64,000 nucleotides of DNA from an uncultured Planctomycetota bacterium (GTDB lineage: Bacteria; Planctomycetota; Planctomycetia; Gemmatales; Gemmataceae), in the NCBI GenBank assembly GCA_963849325.1, contig CAWKHF010000002.1:832001-896000 (forward strand), written 5' to 3'. Positions within the stretch are counted from its first letter, which is position 1. Each line of letters begins with the position of its first letter. The position numbers and the translations under genes are program-made. The notes beneath the pieces are model-generated. The model saw only the letters and a list, made by a program, of their open reading frames with translations, had not been told where the DNA came from and did not search any database. Positions 10,115 to 21,344 of the stretch are shown piece by piece.

Positions 10115-11520
10115 ATGCAGACATCCACGAGGCTGCTCCGAGGGCTTGGTCCCGTCGTCCGAACCCTCGTCGCAACCCTCTTGTTGGTGTTGCTCGTCTC
10201 CGCCGAGCCACAACAACCAACCGCCGGTTCGTCCGGATCGGCCTTTTTTGCAGCATGTGAAGCGGCCACCCCGGATGCCAGCGCGCGACAGCATTCGCCC
10301 CGACGCAGCCGCGACGCTCCGAGCTGTTGCAGCGTCTCGGCGTGTCCGCGTGGCACGCGCGCGGCTGGCGCGGACGAGGTTTGAAGGTGGCCGTGCTCGA
10401 TTCCGGGTTCTGCGGCTACCAGGCCCATCTCGGCAAGGCGCTCCCCCGAATCGTTACAACACGCTCCTTCCGCCTGGACGGCAATTTCGAGGCCAAGGAC
10501 AGCCAGCACGGCATCCTCTGCGCGGAGGTGATTCACGCCCTGGCTCCTGAGGCGGAATTGCTGCTGGCTAACTGGGAGCCGGAACACCCGCGGCAATTTC
10601 TCGCCGCCGTCCAATGGGCGCGTCAGGAAGGGGCACGGATCATCTCGTGCTCGGTCATCATGCCGACCTGGAGCGATTGCGAGGGGCACGGCCGCATTCA
10701 CGAAGAATTGACCCACTTGCTCGGCACAGGCGAGCAGCGCGGGGACGCCCTCTTCTTCGCCAGCGCCGGCAACACGGCCCAGCGGCACTGGAGCGGCGCC
10801 TTCCAGGACGGCGGCGACGGTTATCACGCCTGGAAGCGCATGGAGGGGGTCGCCGAGACGGAGAACGCCATCAAGCCGTGGGGCGGCGAACGGGTTTCGG
10901 TCGAGCTATGCTGCCCGGTGAGCGCCAATTACGAGGTCATCGTCCGCGATGCGACCGCCGGACAACTCATTGGCCGGATGGCATCCGTGGATCGCGGAGG
11001 CACCGGGAACGCGGTGGTCGCGTTCGTACCGGAGACGGGTCACGATTACCGTGTCCGCGTCCGGCGGCTGCGCAGCGGATCGGCGGGCTTTCATCTGGTC
11101 GTCCTCGGCGGTGGATTGCGCCACGCTACCCGTCCGGGAAGCATCCCCTTTCCCGGCGATGGTCCCGAGGTCGTCGCCGTGGGCGCGGTGGATCACGCCG
11201 GCCGACGACTCAGCTACAGCTCGTGCGGTCCCCAGCGCGGCGTCGGCAAACCGGATTTGGTAGCGCCGGTGCCCTTCCCGAGCGCCTGGCGGACGCGCCC
11301 TTTCTCCGGCACGTCCGCGGCCGCTCCCCAGGCCGCCGCCCTGGCCACTCTGGTCTGGTCGCGCCATACCGAGTGGAATGCCGGCCGCGTCTCCGCTGTG
11401 CTGAAGAACACCGCTCGTCCCTGCTCCAACAGTAGCCCTCCCTGGGAGACCGGCCACGGGCTGATTCATCTCCCTGGTGCGTCCGCGACGGAGTCCGATC
11501 GATCAATCCTTCTGCCCTGA
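10115..11520 (+). CDS. Secreted S8 (subtilisin-like) serine protease (frameshift around 10300-10330)
   Basis: Catalytic motifs VAVLDSG, HGILCA, SAGN and FSGTSAAAP; signal peptide in the upstream frame. Confidence 0.88.
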
Positions 11521-11554
11521 TCCGTTCGCGCTCCCTCGGTGGATGCGCAGCATC

Positions 11555-12465
11555 TTACTCGAACACTCCCATGTCCGTAAAGCGGCGGACTATCTCAAAT
11601 ACCTTCTGCAGGTCGAAGCAGACATAGAACGCCGGATAGCGACGGCCTTGGCCGCCCAGGCAGACCTCGACCTCGTCTGCCTCCTGATTGGGATCGTAGT
11701 AAATCCAGCCGTCGCCCGGTTCGCGGAGAACGTACTTCCCATTGCCTCCGAGGATGTCCAGCGCGAGTCCCTGATCCGGCTCCCCTCGCCAAAGGCGAAC
11801 GGACGGTCGCACCTCCTGATCCAAATCTCGGATACTCAGCGCGATCTGTTCCCAGGAGGCGTTCCGATGTCGGACTTCAACAGGTTGCTGGATCCCTCGA
11901 CATAAAGTTATCTCCAGGCATATTTCTTTGGCTGTCTGGCTTGTCCCCATTCGGTGCCGCGGCGCGGGCCGTTCGTCGCGAGCCGCCGCCGAAAGGGTCA
12001 TTAACAGTTCGATCCAAAAATCGGAGCGGAGGGGATTGCCGCTCGCATAGACCACCTCCCCATTTACGAGGAGTCGATTTTGTAAATGCCGCATGCCCTT
12101 TAAGAGCAGGCGCAGCCCTCTGAAAGGTGTATACATCCACAGGATGTCCGCCAGACTCGGTTTAACATAGTGGACCTCCTCAATGTCTGATAAATAGACG
12201 GGGTCGGAGAGGAAGCTCGAATAAAGTCCTCGGTTGGTGAGTAGGAGTCCGGCTTTGCCGTTCCGCAAAAAAGAGCTGTCGATGAACGCTAACGGTGTTT
12301 CGTTGTCACTCATCTCTCGGGCGAAGCGAGTGGCCGCGTTGGCCAGATGGTCTTGGCGAATGTTCCCTAGCGCGGCAGAATTCCTTTGGCCCCATGCTTT
12401 TCGGCGATTTCGCGTAGCATCGACTCCGCCTGTTCTTCGGGGAGCAACTTCGGATACTTGCTCAT
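11555..12465 (-). CDS. Hypothetical protein, AT-richer than its neighbours; C-terminal Imm1-like immunity domain (tentative); frameshift near 12370
   Basis: C-terminus LDILGGNGKYVL...EVCLGGQGRRYPAFYVCFDLQKVFEIVRRFTDMG resembles Imm1-family proteins. N-terminus has IDSSFLRNGKAGLLLTNRGLY. Confidence 0.5.
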
Positions 12466-12690
12466 ATTTCGTTTGCAATCGAACGAGGGTTTGACCGCCA
12501 TGGTCAGAAGTCTATGCTGGGAGAGTTGGATGCCTCCGTCAAGTCGATTCCCTCCCTGCGATTCGCGCGGGCATGTAGAGGCGCAATTGATGCTTGACAG
12601 GTGCGCCTTCATCGCCTTAGATGGATTCGCCGACTCTCCGATAATCATCTCCGGAAGCCGCTTGCGGCTTTGGAGGCCGAGTTCCTCGCC

Positions 12691-13619
12691 ATGTCCTTCC
12701 GCTTGTTCATCTATTATTGTGCCTTGTGTGGCGGCGGAGGCGCCTTCGTGGGCTGGTGCTGGGCCGGCCCCTGAACATTCACAATCCGGTGCTGTCCCAG
12801 GGTGTCAAGGGCATGCTCCTGGGCCTTTCAGTGACCCTGGCGCTGGGAGTGGTCGATGCCCTGTGGGTCTTCTCCCCCCAGCGCGTCGTGGCCATTGGCT
12901 TGCGCGTCGCCACCGCCGTCGTTGTCGGCACCATGGGCGGGTTACTCGGAGGGCTGGTGAGCCAGGCCTTGTATGGTTGGACGGAGTGGGCCTTCTTTCT
13001 CGTCCTGGGTTGGACGATCACTGGCTTTCTCATCGGCGTGTCGCTGGGCGTTTTTGACTTGCTGGCCTGCCTCCTCCAAGGACAGGATCCCGGCGCCGCG
13101 CTGCGGAAGGTCTTGAAGGCCGTGCTGGGCGGCACGGCGGGCGGAGTGCTGGGCGGCATCCTCTCGCTCCTGCTGCACAGCGGCTGGACGCGGCTGCTGG
13201 GGTCCAGGCCCGAGATGCAGGAACACCTTTGGAGTCCCAGCGCCTGGGGTTTCGTCGCCCTGGGAGCGTGCATCGGCCTGTTGATCGGATTGGCCCAGGT
13301 CATCCTGAAGGAAGCCTGGCTCAAGGTCGAGTCCGGCTTTCGCAAGGGACGGGAAGTGATTCTGTCCAAGCCGGAGGTCACGATCGGTCGGGCCGAGAGC
13401 TGCGACATTGGCCTATTCGGCGATCCGCAGGTCGAGAAGCTGCACGCACGCATCCGCCTGGAGGGCAATCGACACGTGCTGGTCGATGAAGGCTCCGGCT
13501 CCGGCACCTATGTCAACGACGAACGCCTCCAGGGTTCGCGGATGCTGCGCTCCGGCGACGCCATCCGCGTGGGCAAGAACGTGCTCCGCTTCGGCGAACG
13601 CCAGAAACAGTCGAATTGA
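12691..13619 (+). CDS. Multi-pass membrane protein with C-terminal FHA domain (frameshift around 12740-12765)
   Basis: GGAGG before ATG12691; Gly-rich TM helices; FHA motifs TIGRAESCDI, LHARI and GTYVNDERL...LRSGDAIRVG. Confidence 0.85.
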
Positions 13620-13658
13620 TGGTTGAATGCCAATCATCAATTCGATCGGGGAGGGACC

Positions 13659-16471
13659 ATGGCCCTTGTCTGCCGCAACTGTAAGCGGGTCAATCCGGCG
13701 GAGGCGCATTACTGCTACTGGGACGGCGCCGTGCTGGATGGCCACGCGCGGCGCGCGGCCCCATCGCCATCGGCGCTCAGCCGTTCCTGAGTCCGTTCGT
13801 GTTCCCTTCGGGCCGGCAGTGTCGCAATTTCGACGAGCTGGTGTTGGCCTGTTACGGCGAGTGGAAGGAGGCGCTGGATCTGCTGCGGCAGGGGTATCTG
13901 GAAGGGTTCTTCGGCGCTCTGGGGCGAGCGGATCTGGCCCTGGCGGCGCGGCAGGCGGTGAGCGCCGCCGACCTCGATCGCGGCCTGGACCATCTGCTGA
14001 GCAAGCTGCCGTGCAGCACGCGCGAACCGCCGAAGCTGTTCGCCCAGCCGCAGGAGGTCAACCTCGGACAGATCTCGCGCAGCGCCGATCGGCAATTCAT
14101 GCTGCACATCGAGAACCAGGGCATGGGCCTGCTGCAAGGCAGCATTGTCTGCGAAGACATGGCCTGGCTGTCGCTGGGCGAAGGAGCGGGCTCGCCGCGC
14201 AAGGTGTTCCAGTGTCTTAACGAATTCACGCTGACCGTGCAGGTCCACGCCAAGGCGCTCTGCGCCGGCAACAAGACGCTGGAAGGCCGGATCACCGTCG
14301 AATCCAACGGCGGGTCCACCGTCATTGTCGTGCGCGCCGACGTGCCGGTGCAGCCGTTTCCCGATGGCGTCCTGGCCGGGGCCATCTCGCCGCGGCAGGT
14401 CGCCGAGAAGTCCAAGGCCAACCCCAAGGGCGCCGCTCCCTTCTTCGAGAAAGGGGCCGTCGCCGCCTGGTACGAGAGCAACGGCTGGACCTATCCCGTG
14501 CAAGGTCCGGCCTCGTCCGGACTGGGCGCCATCCAGCAGTTCTTCGAGGCGCTCGGCCTGGTCAAGCCGCCCGTGGTCGAGATCAGCGAGCAGTCGCTGC
14601 ACCTGCACGGGGCGCCCGGCGCCAGCCTGGAGCATATCTTGCAGGTGCGGGCGGTGGAGAAACGTCCGGTGTTCGCCTACGCCACCACGGCGACGCCCTG
14701 GATACGGATCGGCCGCGTCGTCCTCGATGGCCGAACCGCGCGCATTCCGGTGAAGGTGCCGAGCGTGCCGGCCCAGCCGGGCGAATATCTGCACGGCAAG
14801 GTGCAGGTGACGGCCAACGGCAATCAGCGCTTCGTGGTCGAAGTGTCGCTGACCATCGCCGGCCGGATGTCCATGCGCGCGGACCAACTGCCCCCCGGCG
14901 CCGTGTTCGACATGGATGAGGTGCTCGAAGTCATGCCCGTGCAATCGGTGCCGGAGAGGGCGGTCGAGACGAAAAGCATCGCCGAGGTGCTGACGGCCGT
15001 CGAGGCCGTGCCCGTGCATCGCGGCCACGACAACGTCCTCGAAGTGCTCCCGGTGATCCCGGCGGATGACGGACCGCGGCATGAGCGGGACGATGATTTC
15101 GCCCGAAAAGTCGCGCGCATTCACGAACCATCCGCCGGCGGTTTCGTCAAGCATCTGGTCCCGCTGGCCGTCCTCACGCTGCTCCTGCTGATCGTGGTCG
15201 GCCATGACCTGTGGGTGATCGTGAAGCAGTCCGGCGCAGGCAACGCCTCCGAGCCGGGCCTGGTCGATCCCGACCCGTACCTCGCCATCCGCTTCCACGA
15301 TGGACCCAAGGAGCGGGATGACAAGATGCCGGAACCGACCATGCGCTTCGGCCTGGTCATGCTGCGCGAGAAGGATCCCGAGCACCCCGATCGCCTGAAA
15401 AAGCTGACCTTCGACGAGTGGGGCCGGACGAACAACACCTGTCTGCGCGTGGATGGGAAAGATTATCTGTTCGGCCAACCGCCCGGCACCTGGGAGGCGA
15501 TGAAGAGTAAGCTGCCAGGCGAAACGGCCGGCCGACCGCGCGACGGTCTCGCCTCTTCGTGGTCGCTGTCGAGACCGCGGATCAAGGTGACGCAGGAAGT
15601 CGAGATCGTGCCCGGCGAACAGTCGCGCCGCCTGGACACCTGCCTGGTGCGCTACACCCTGGAAAACAAGGACGCCGTCCGGCACAAGGTCGGCATCCGC
15701 TTCCTGCTGGACACTTACATCGGCGCCAACGACGGCGTGCCCTTCACCATCCCCGGAGCGAGCGGCTTGTGCGATAGCCTCATGAAGTTCGACCGGGCCG
15801 CCGAGGTGCCCGATTTCATTCAGGCGCTGGAGAAGGACGATCCGCGGCAGCCGGGCACCGTGGCATACTTGCAGTTCCGCGTCGGCAAGCAGATGGAGAG
15901 TCCCGAGCGGGTCACGCTCGGAGGTTGGCCCAATCAAGAGCTGCGTCAGTTCGGCTACTGGACGGCACTGTCGCAGCTCACCAAATGGGACGTGCCGTTT
16001 CTCTCGATGAAGGAACTGGATGTGCGGGCGCGACAGATCGGCAAGCGCCGCCCCGGATTCGGCGGTGACGATGTACTGGGAGGAACGAGAGCTGGGGCCG
16101 GACCAGACGCGCGTGGTGGGCTTCCTGTATGGCCTGGGCAACGTGGACTCGCGCGAGAGCGAGGGCCATCTGCTGCTGACGGTTGGCGGCCGGATGGTAC
16201 GCCACGGCGAGTTCACGCTGACGGCGCTGGTCCACAATCCACAGGCGGGCGAGAGGCTTACCCTGACGCTGCCGCGCGGCTTCTCGATCCTTGAAGGCGG
16301 TACGGGCCAGGATGTGCCGCCGGTACCAGCCGGCGCGACATGGGCGGATAGCCCCGTCACCTGGCGCTCTGCGCCGGCGACGATGGCAAGTATGACTTGG
16401 CGGTGCAGTCGAACAAGGGGGCCAAGCAGAAACTTCCCATCGCCATCCGCACGCGCGGCGTGTTTGATTAA
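13659..16471 (+). CDS. Large single-pass membrane protein: N-terminal zinc ribbon, two Ig/BACON-like repeats, TM helix, extracytoplasmic beta-domain; frameshifts near 13760-13790, 16050 and 16370
   Basis: GGAGGG before MALVCRNCKRVNPAEAHYCYWDG; repeated GRITVESNGG / GKVQVTANGN units; TM LVPLAVLTLLLLIVVGH; VGIRFLLDTYIGANDGVPF domain; ends TRGVFD*. Confidence 0.7.
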
Positions 16472-16503
16472 GAGTCACCAGCAGAATCCATTTCTCGTTC
16501 GCC

Positions 16504-16623
16504 CTCGTTCCCAAGCTCCGCTTGGGAACGCACGTCAGGAAGCTCCGCTTCCTGTCCGGTGATGGAGTGGGCCGCGAAGCGGAGCTTCGCCCCGTGCGTT
16601 CCCAAGCAGAGCTTGGGAACCAG
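16504..16623. repeat. 120-bp composite REP/MITE-like element of four AAGC-nnn-GCTT hairpins between convergent genes
   Basis: GTTCCCAAGC-TCC-GCTTGGGAAC, CAGGAAGC-TCC-GCTTCCTG, GCGAAGC-GGA-GCTTCGC and GTTCCCAAGC-AGA-GCTTGGGAAC. Confidence 0.85.
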
Positions 16624-16631
16624 AAGGAGGT

Positions 16632-17492
16632 TCACTTTTTCCCTTCCTTCCTCAGCAATTCGGCATGAACGTGGGCCACGTCGCCCATGTAAGAACCAAT
16701 GCGATACTTGCCCTCCGCCAATGTCATGTGTTCCAGTGCCTTCTTCTTGTCGCCGGTCACGTCGTAATACAGTCCCAGATAGAGATGAGCGTAGAACAGT
16801 TGCTGCTTGCGCAGCTCGGTAGGCACTTCGCCGGCTTTTGCGGCATCGAGCACGTCGGCCGGCTTCAACTTGCCGCGATAGAGGTCGTACACCTCCATCA
16901 TGGGCACGCGCCGATCTCTGCCAATCTTGAGCATGGCCTCCCGCGCCTGGTCGATGCCCAGCCGGCGGGCGTTGCAGAGGAAATGCCAGACGGCGTTCTC
17001 CACATCATTGGTATCTACTTTCTCGTAGCCCTCGAACTGCTTGCGGCCGTCGTCGAAGCGGCCGACGTAATACAGGGAGATGCCGCGCTTCCAGTGGCCG
17101 GGCGCCGCCTTGGGTCGCAGCTGGAGAAAGCGGTCGAAGTCGGCCAGAGATTCCTTGATGCGGCCGAGCTTGAACTGCTCGCTACCGCGGTGATCATAGG
17201 CTTCGGCGAGGCGAGGGTCTCGTTGCAGGCATCGGTCGAAGTCGGCGATCGCCTCGGTGTGCTGCCGCAAGACTTCGTGAACCATGCCCCTCAGGAGATA
17301 GCCGCGCGCGTCCTTCGCATCAGCTTCGATCGCCTTGTTCGCCCACTCCATCGCCTTCTTGGTTTCCTGTTTCATTAAGGCGGCCTCACCCCGCTGGAGA
17401 TAGTCGTCAACCGTGTCGGCGCGGACGGGCGACGACAGAGAGCCGACGACGAGGAGGCCGAGAGCGAAGACAGACAGGCGGCGCGGACGCAT
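16632..17492 (-). CDS. Secreted TPR protein, NlpI-like
   Basis: Signal peptide; TPR helices; W.RGISLYY, NDVENAVWHFLC and FYAHLYLGLYY motifs. Confidence 0.85.
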   Translation of the reverse strand: MRPRRLSVFALGLLVVGSLSSPVRADTVDDYLQRGEAALMKQETKKAMEWANKAIEADAKDARGYLLRGMVHEVLRQHTEAIADFDRCLQRDPRLAEAYDHRGSEQFKLGRIKESLADFDRFLQLRPKAAPGHWKRGISLYYVGRFDDGRKQFEGYEKVDTNDVENAVWHFLCNARRLGIDQAREAMLKIGRDRRVPMMEVYDLYRGKLKPADVLDAAKAGEVPTELRKQQLFYAHLYLGLYYDVTGDKKKALEHMTLAEGKYRIGSYMGDVAHVHAELLRKEGKK

Positions 17493-17592
17493 GGTTTCTT
17501 CTCCACGTCAGAGGATGGAATCGCGGCGCTATCTTACGGAGCCGGTCATGCACTGGCCGGGGTCGATACAATACGCTTCACGGAGGGAAAAC

Positions 17593-18833
17593 ATGAAGAG
17601 ACGATGGTGGTTCCTGGCGGCGGCCCTCGGTTTGTGCGGCTGGAATCCGGGGCGCGCGACGAAGGCGGAAATGCCGGGCAAACCGGAGGCGCCGCGCTGG
17701 TTGAGCGGCTGGGAGGAGGGCCGGAAGGCAGCGCGGGACAGCGGCAAGCCGATTTTCGTCGTCTTCCGCTGCGAGCACTGACTGGACTGCCATCCGTTCG
17801 ACGGGCAGGTCGCTCGTCTGGATCGCGTCCTCGCCGACGCGGCGAAGGAGTTTGTGCTCGTCCGTATCAATCACATGCGCGGGGTCGATCTCGACCTCTT
17901 CGATTTCGATTACGACCTCACCTGGATGGGTTTCTTCCTCAACGCCGACGGGACGATCTACGGCCGCTACGGCGGGCGCGACGCCGAATCGGCTGACAGC
18001 CGAATGTCACTGGCGGGTCTACGAAACGCCATGACCGCGGCCCTGGAGCGGCATCATCGCGGAGGGATCGCTCAGTCGGAGCCGATGCCGCGTCCTTCTC
18101 GTGCCGTGGAGCAGTATCCAGCAGCGCGGCGGCTGCCCGAGCGCGCCTGCATCCACTGCCATCAAGTCTACGACCTCCGCCGCGAGAGCCGGCAAGCGGC
18201 CGGGAAATGGCGGCTCGATGAAGTATGGGTCTACCCTATGCCTGAGAACGTGGGGCTGACTCTCGATGTTGATCGTGGCGACTCCGTCGCTCGGGTTGCC
18301 GTGGATTCGCCGGCGTCGCGCCTCGGCATCCGGGCGGGGGACCGCCTGCGCACGGTCAACCGCCAACCCGTCGCTTCCTTTGCCGACGTCCAATACGCCC
18401 TGCATCGCGCCCCGGCTCGCGGGCGCTGCCGATCACCTGGGAGCACGAAGGACAAACTCAGGAGGGAGAATTGACGCTGGCGGATGGCTGGCGAAAAACG
18501 GACATTTCCTGGCGCTGGTCGCTGCGCGGCCTCGATCCACCGCCGTGGGTACACGGCGACGACCTGTCGGCGGAAGAGAAGCAAGCGCTCGGCCTGGGCG
18601 CCAACCGGCTCGCGTTCCGCCAGGGTCCGTTCGTCTCCGAGCCGGCGCGGCAGGCGGGCATCCGCCAAAACGACGTCATCCTCGGCATCGACGGCAAAAT
18701 GCTGGAGATGACGTCTCGGCAGTTCGCCGGCTACGTTCGCCTAAACTACCGCGTGGGAGATCGCGTCACCTACAACCTGTTGCGGCGAGGAGCGCGCCTA
18801 GACGTTTCCTTGCGCCTGTTGGGTCGGCCTTGA
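17593..18833 (+). CDS. Exported thioredoxin-like/PDZ protein, probable selenoprotein (UGA17779 = Sec in CxxUxxC), with a CxxCH motif; frameshift near 18425
   Basis: GGAGGG-ATG17593 and a signal peptide; W...EEGRKAARDSGKPIFVVFRCEH-TGA-LDCHPFDGQV continues in frame into FDFDYDLTWMGFFLNADGTIYGRYGGRD; CIHCH at 18148-18162; two PDZ-like segments. Confidence 0.82.
17785..17811 (+). promoter_or_regulatory. Candidate bacterial SECIS stem-loop
   Basis: GAC-TGC-(CAT)-CCGT-[TCG]-ACGG-GCA-(G)-GTC hairpin starting 4 nt after the UGA, with a G-containing apical loop about 17 nt downstream. Confidence 0.55.
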
Positions 18834-18854
18834 AGAGATTGGACGGCGCGATTG

Positions 18855-20484
18855 TCATTCGCCCTTGGCGCGTACCTGACGGTTCATCAGCTTCGTCAGC
18901 GCCTCCAGGGCGGCGTTTCGCTGCGGGTCCGTGAGAGGATCATCCAGCGGCAGACGTTCCGTCGAGGAGCCGGGCCGGAGCGTTTGCTGTTCCCACCAGG
19001 TATGCAAGGCGCGACTGAGGTCGGCGGAGACGCGGAACTCGCGTCCGGGATCGGACCGGACGCCCCAGTCGCCGCTCGGTTTGCTGTCGGGGAAACGGTG
19101 CAAGTTCTGGCCGCCGGGACGAACGATGGTCCCACTCGTCACCTTCAAGCCGATGGAGCCGGGACTGGTGATCGTTTGCACGTTGCCCTTGCCGCGCGTC
19201 CGCTGGCCGACCAGCACGGCCCGGCGATGGTCCTGCAACGCCGCCGCGATCAGTTCGGCGCCGCCGGACGATTCGGCGTTGATGAGCACCACGATCGGGA
19301 AATCCAGGAACTTGTCCTCGTTGGTGCTGCGGAAGATGTCCTCCGGCCGGCTGCGATACTTCACGGTGGCGATGGTCCCCTCGCCCAGAAACAGCTCAGC
19401 GGTCTTTATCGATCCGGTAAGGGCGCCTCCCGGACACCAGCGCAAGTCGAGGATCAGCCCGCGCAGACCGTCCTGCCGCAGAGTGCCGAGGACCTCGCGC
19501 AGCTCATCGGCAGTGCCATCGACGAGGTTGCCGAGCCGGATGTGAGCGACCTTCCCCCGAGCATCGAGCCAGTAGTTCCAGGCGTTGCCGTCGTCCCGCG
19601 CCACGCCGAAGATGCTCTCCGGCCGGAAGCGCTGCCAGTCCAGCGTCGCGCTCCGTTCATCCCGAACACCGGGCCGGCGGAACGATACGGTGATCGGCTC
19701 CGGCGAGGCCAGGATGCCGAGGGCGGGTTTCACCAGCGGCGTGCGGCCGTTGAGTACGTCCAGCATTTCCTTCATCTTCCGCTCTCGGCCGTCCGAATCG
19801 CGGACGCGCGTGATCTCGTCGCCCGGTCGCAGGCCGGCACGCTGCGCCGGACTGCCCGGCAGGACGTCCTTGACGACGATGCGCCCGGCGTCGCTGTCGG
19901 GGACTTCCAGCCCGAAGCCGTCGCGCTCCGCGACGAGGCTGGTGGTCCGGCGCTCCTCTCCTGAGGTTACGACACCGGAGTAAGGGTCGAGCGCGCGCAG
20001 CATGGCCTGGCAGCAGAGACGCAAGGGATCTTCCCCTTCCAGGTTCGCGTTCGCTCCAATCTCGGCGCGGATGGTGCGGACCAGCTCGATCAGCGGCCGG
20101 TCGTCGAAGAGGACGCCACGGCGCGGCGCCAGGGCTGGAACGAGCGGAGCGGCCGGGTTGGCGTTCGGCCCGACCGGAGACAGGGCCGCGGCATCCTTCT
20201 CGGCCTGATCGATGCGGCGGCGCAGATCGTGCGGTAGCGGCCGGCGGCGCGCGTTCATACAACGCCGCCAGGGCGGACTGGAGCAGATCGTTGCGCGACA
20301 CGGGGCGGACGTAGATCTCGGCGACGAGGTTGACGGCCGCGACCAGGTTGTGAGCGAACGCCTCGGCGCCTTCGGTCGTGTGGGCGGGCGAGGGAGGTGG
20401 GGCCGGCGGAGGCGAGGGGGCCGGGGCAGCGCCGGCGAAGACGGCGACCAGCAGCGGCAGCGAGAAGGTCAAGCAAACGCGCAT
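18855..20484 (-). CDS. S41 family C-terminal processing protease with PDZ domain (frameshift near 20250)
   Basis: LRALDPYS, VLPGSPAQRAGLRPGDEI, GLILDLRWCPGG, LINAESSGGAELIAAALQD and RTRGKGNVQ motifs. Confidence 0.88.
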
Positions 20485-20586
20485 GCAAAAGCCCTCCCTG
20501 GACGGCGAACGCACTTCCGGCGCGATACTCTAGAATAAGTCCACGGCCGACAGAAGGCCAACCGTCCGACGATTGCAAGGAGGACC

Positions 20587-21207
20587 ATGCCAACTCGCGT
20601 ACTGTTGCTGCGTCACGCCGAAACCGCCAACCCCCTGATTTTCCACGGCGCCGAGTCGGACGTCGGCCTGAGCGCGCGCGGCCGGCGCCAGGCCGAGGCC
20701 GTCGCGCCGATCCTGGCCGCGGAAGCCCCGGACGTGGTCGTCTCCTCGGCGATGCGGCGCGCCCGTGACACGGCGGCGCCGATCGCGCGAGCCTGCGGTG
20801 TGCCTTTGCGGATCGAGCCGGAACTGCACGAGCGGCGCGTCGGTGCGCTGAGTGGCACGCCGACCCAGCGGAGCGAGGGCGTGTGGCCGGACACGCTGCG
20901 GCGCTGGCTGGCCGGCGACACGGCATTCGCTCCCCCGGAGGCCGAATCGTTTGACGACATCCGGCGGCGCGTCTTGCCGATCTGGGAGCGTCTGACGATG
21001 GAGGTTGAGGGACAGACTCTCGTCCTGGTGACGCATGGCGTCGTCTGCAAGGTGCTGTTATGCACCCTGCTGCCGGGGTACTCGGTCGGCGACTGGCATC
21101 GCATCGGCCCGATTCACAACGTCGCCATCACGGAATGGCTTCTTGAAGGGCAGACGTGGCGAACTTTGCGGCTGAACGAACTGCCGGCGGAGGTGGCACA
21201 CGTGTAA
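20587..21207 (+). CDS. Histidine phosphatase (phosphoglycerate mutase) family protein
   Basis: LLRHAET, SSAMRRARDT and LVTHGVV motifs; AAGGAGG RBS. Confidence 0.92.
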   Translation: MPTRVLLLRHAETANPLIFHGAESDVGLSARGRRQAEAVAPILAAEAPDVVVSSAMRRARDTAAPIARACGVPLRIEPELHERRVGALSGTPTQRSEGVWPDTLRRWLAGDTAFAPPEAESFDDIRRRVLPIWERLTMEVEGQTLVLVTHGVVCKVLLCTLLPGYSVGDWHRIGPIHNVAITEWLLEGQTWRTLRLNELPAEVAHV

Positions 21208-21216
21208 CCGGCGCTA

Positions 21217-21322
21217 ACCAAATGCACTTTTGAACCACGGATAACACGGATAAAGAAAACCAGAACGTATCTATAACGCTTTTTTTTATCCGTGTTATCC
21301 GTGGTTCAAAGTGCATTTTGGT
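21217..21322. repeat. Inverted repeat with a tandem 9-mer (CACGGATAA) between convergent genes
   Basis: ACCAAATGCACTTTTGAACCACGGATAACACGGATAAA ... TTTATCCGTGTTATCCGTGGTTCAAAGTGCATTTTGGT. Confidence 0.9.
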
Positions 21323-21344
21323 AGTGGCCCGAAGCCACTGCCGA

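Noticed and set aside
2325-17781. Genome-wide UGA reassignment suggested by two in-frame TGAs
   Set aside because: Many intact genes (nuoC, nuoD, nuoG, nuoH, coaX, obgE, ubiX) end at TGA at the expected position. One TGA is in a decayed toxin gene and the other fits Sec.
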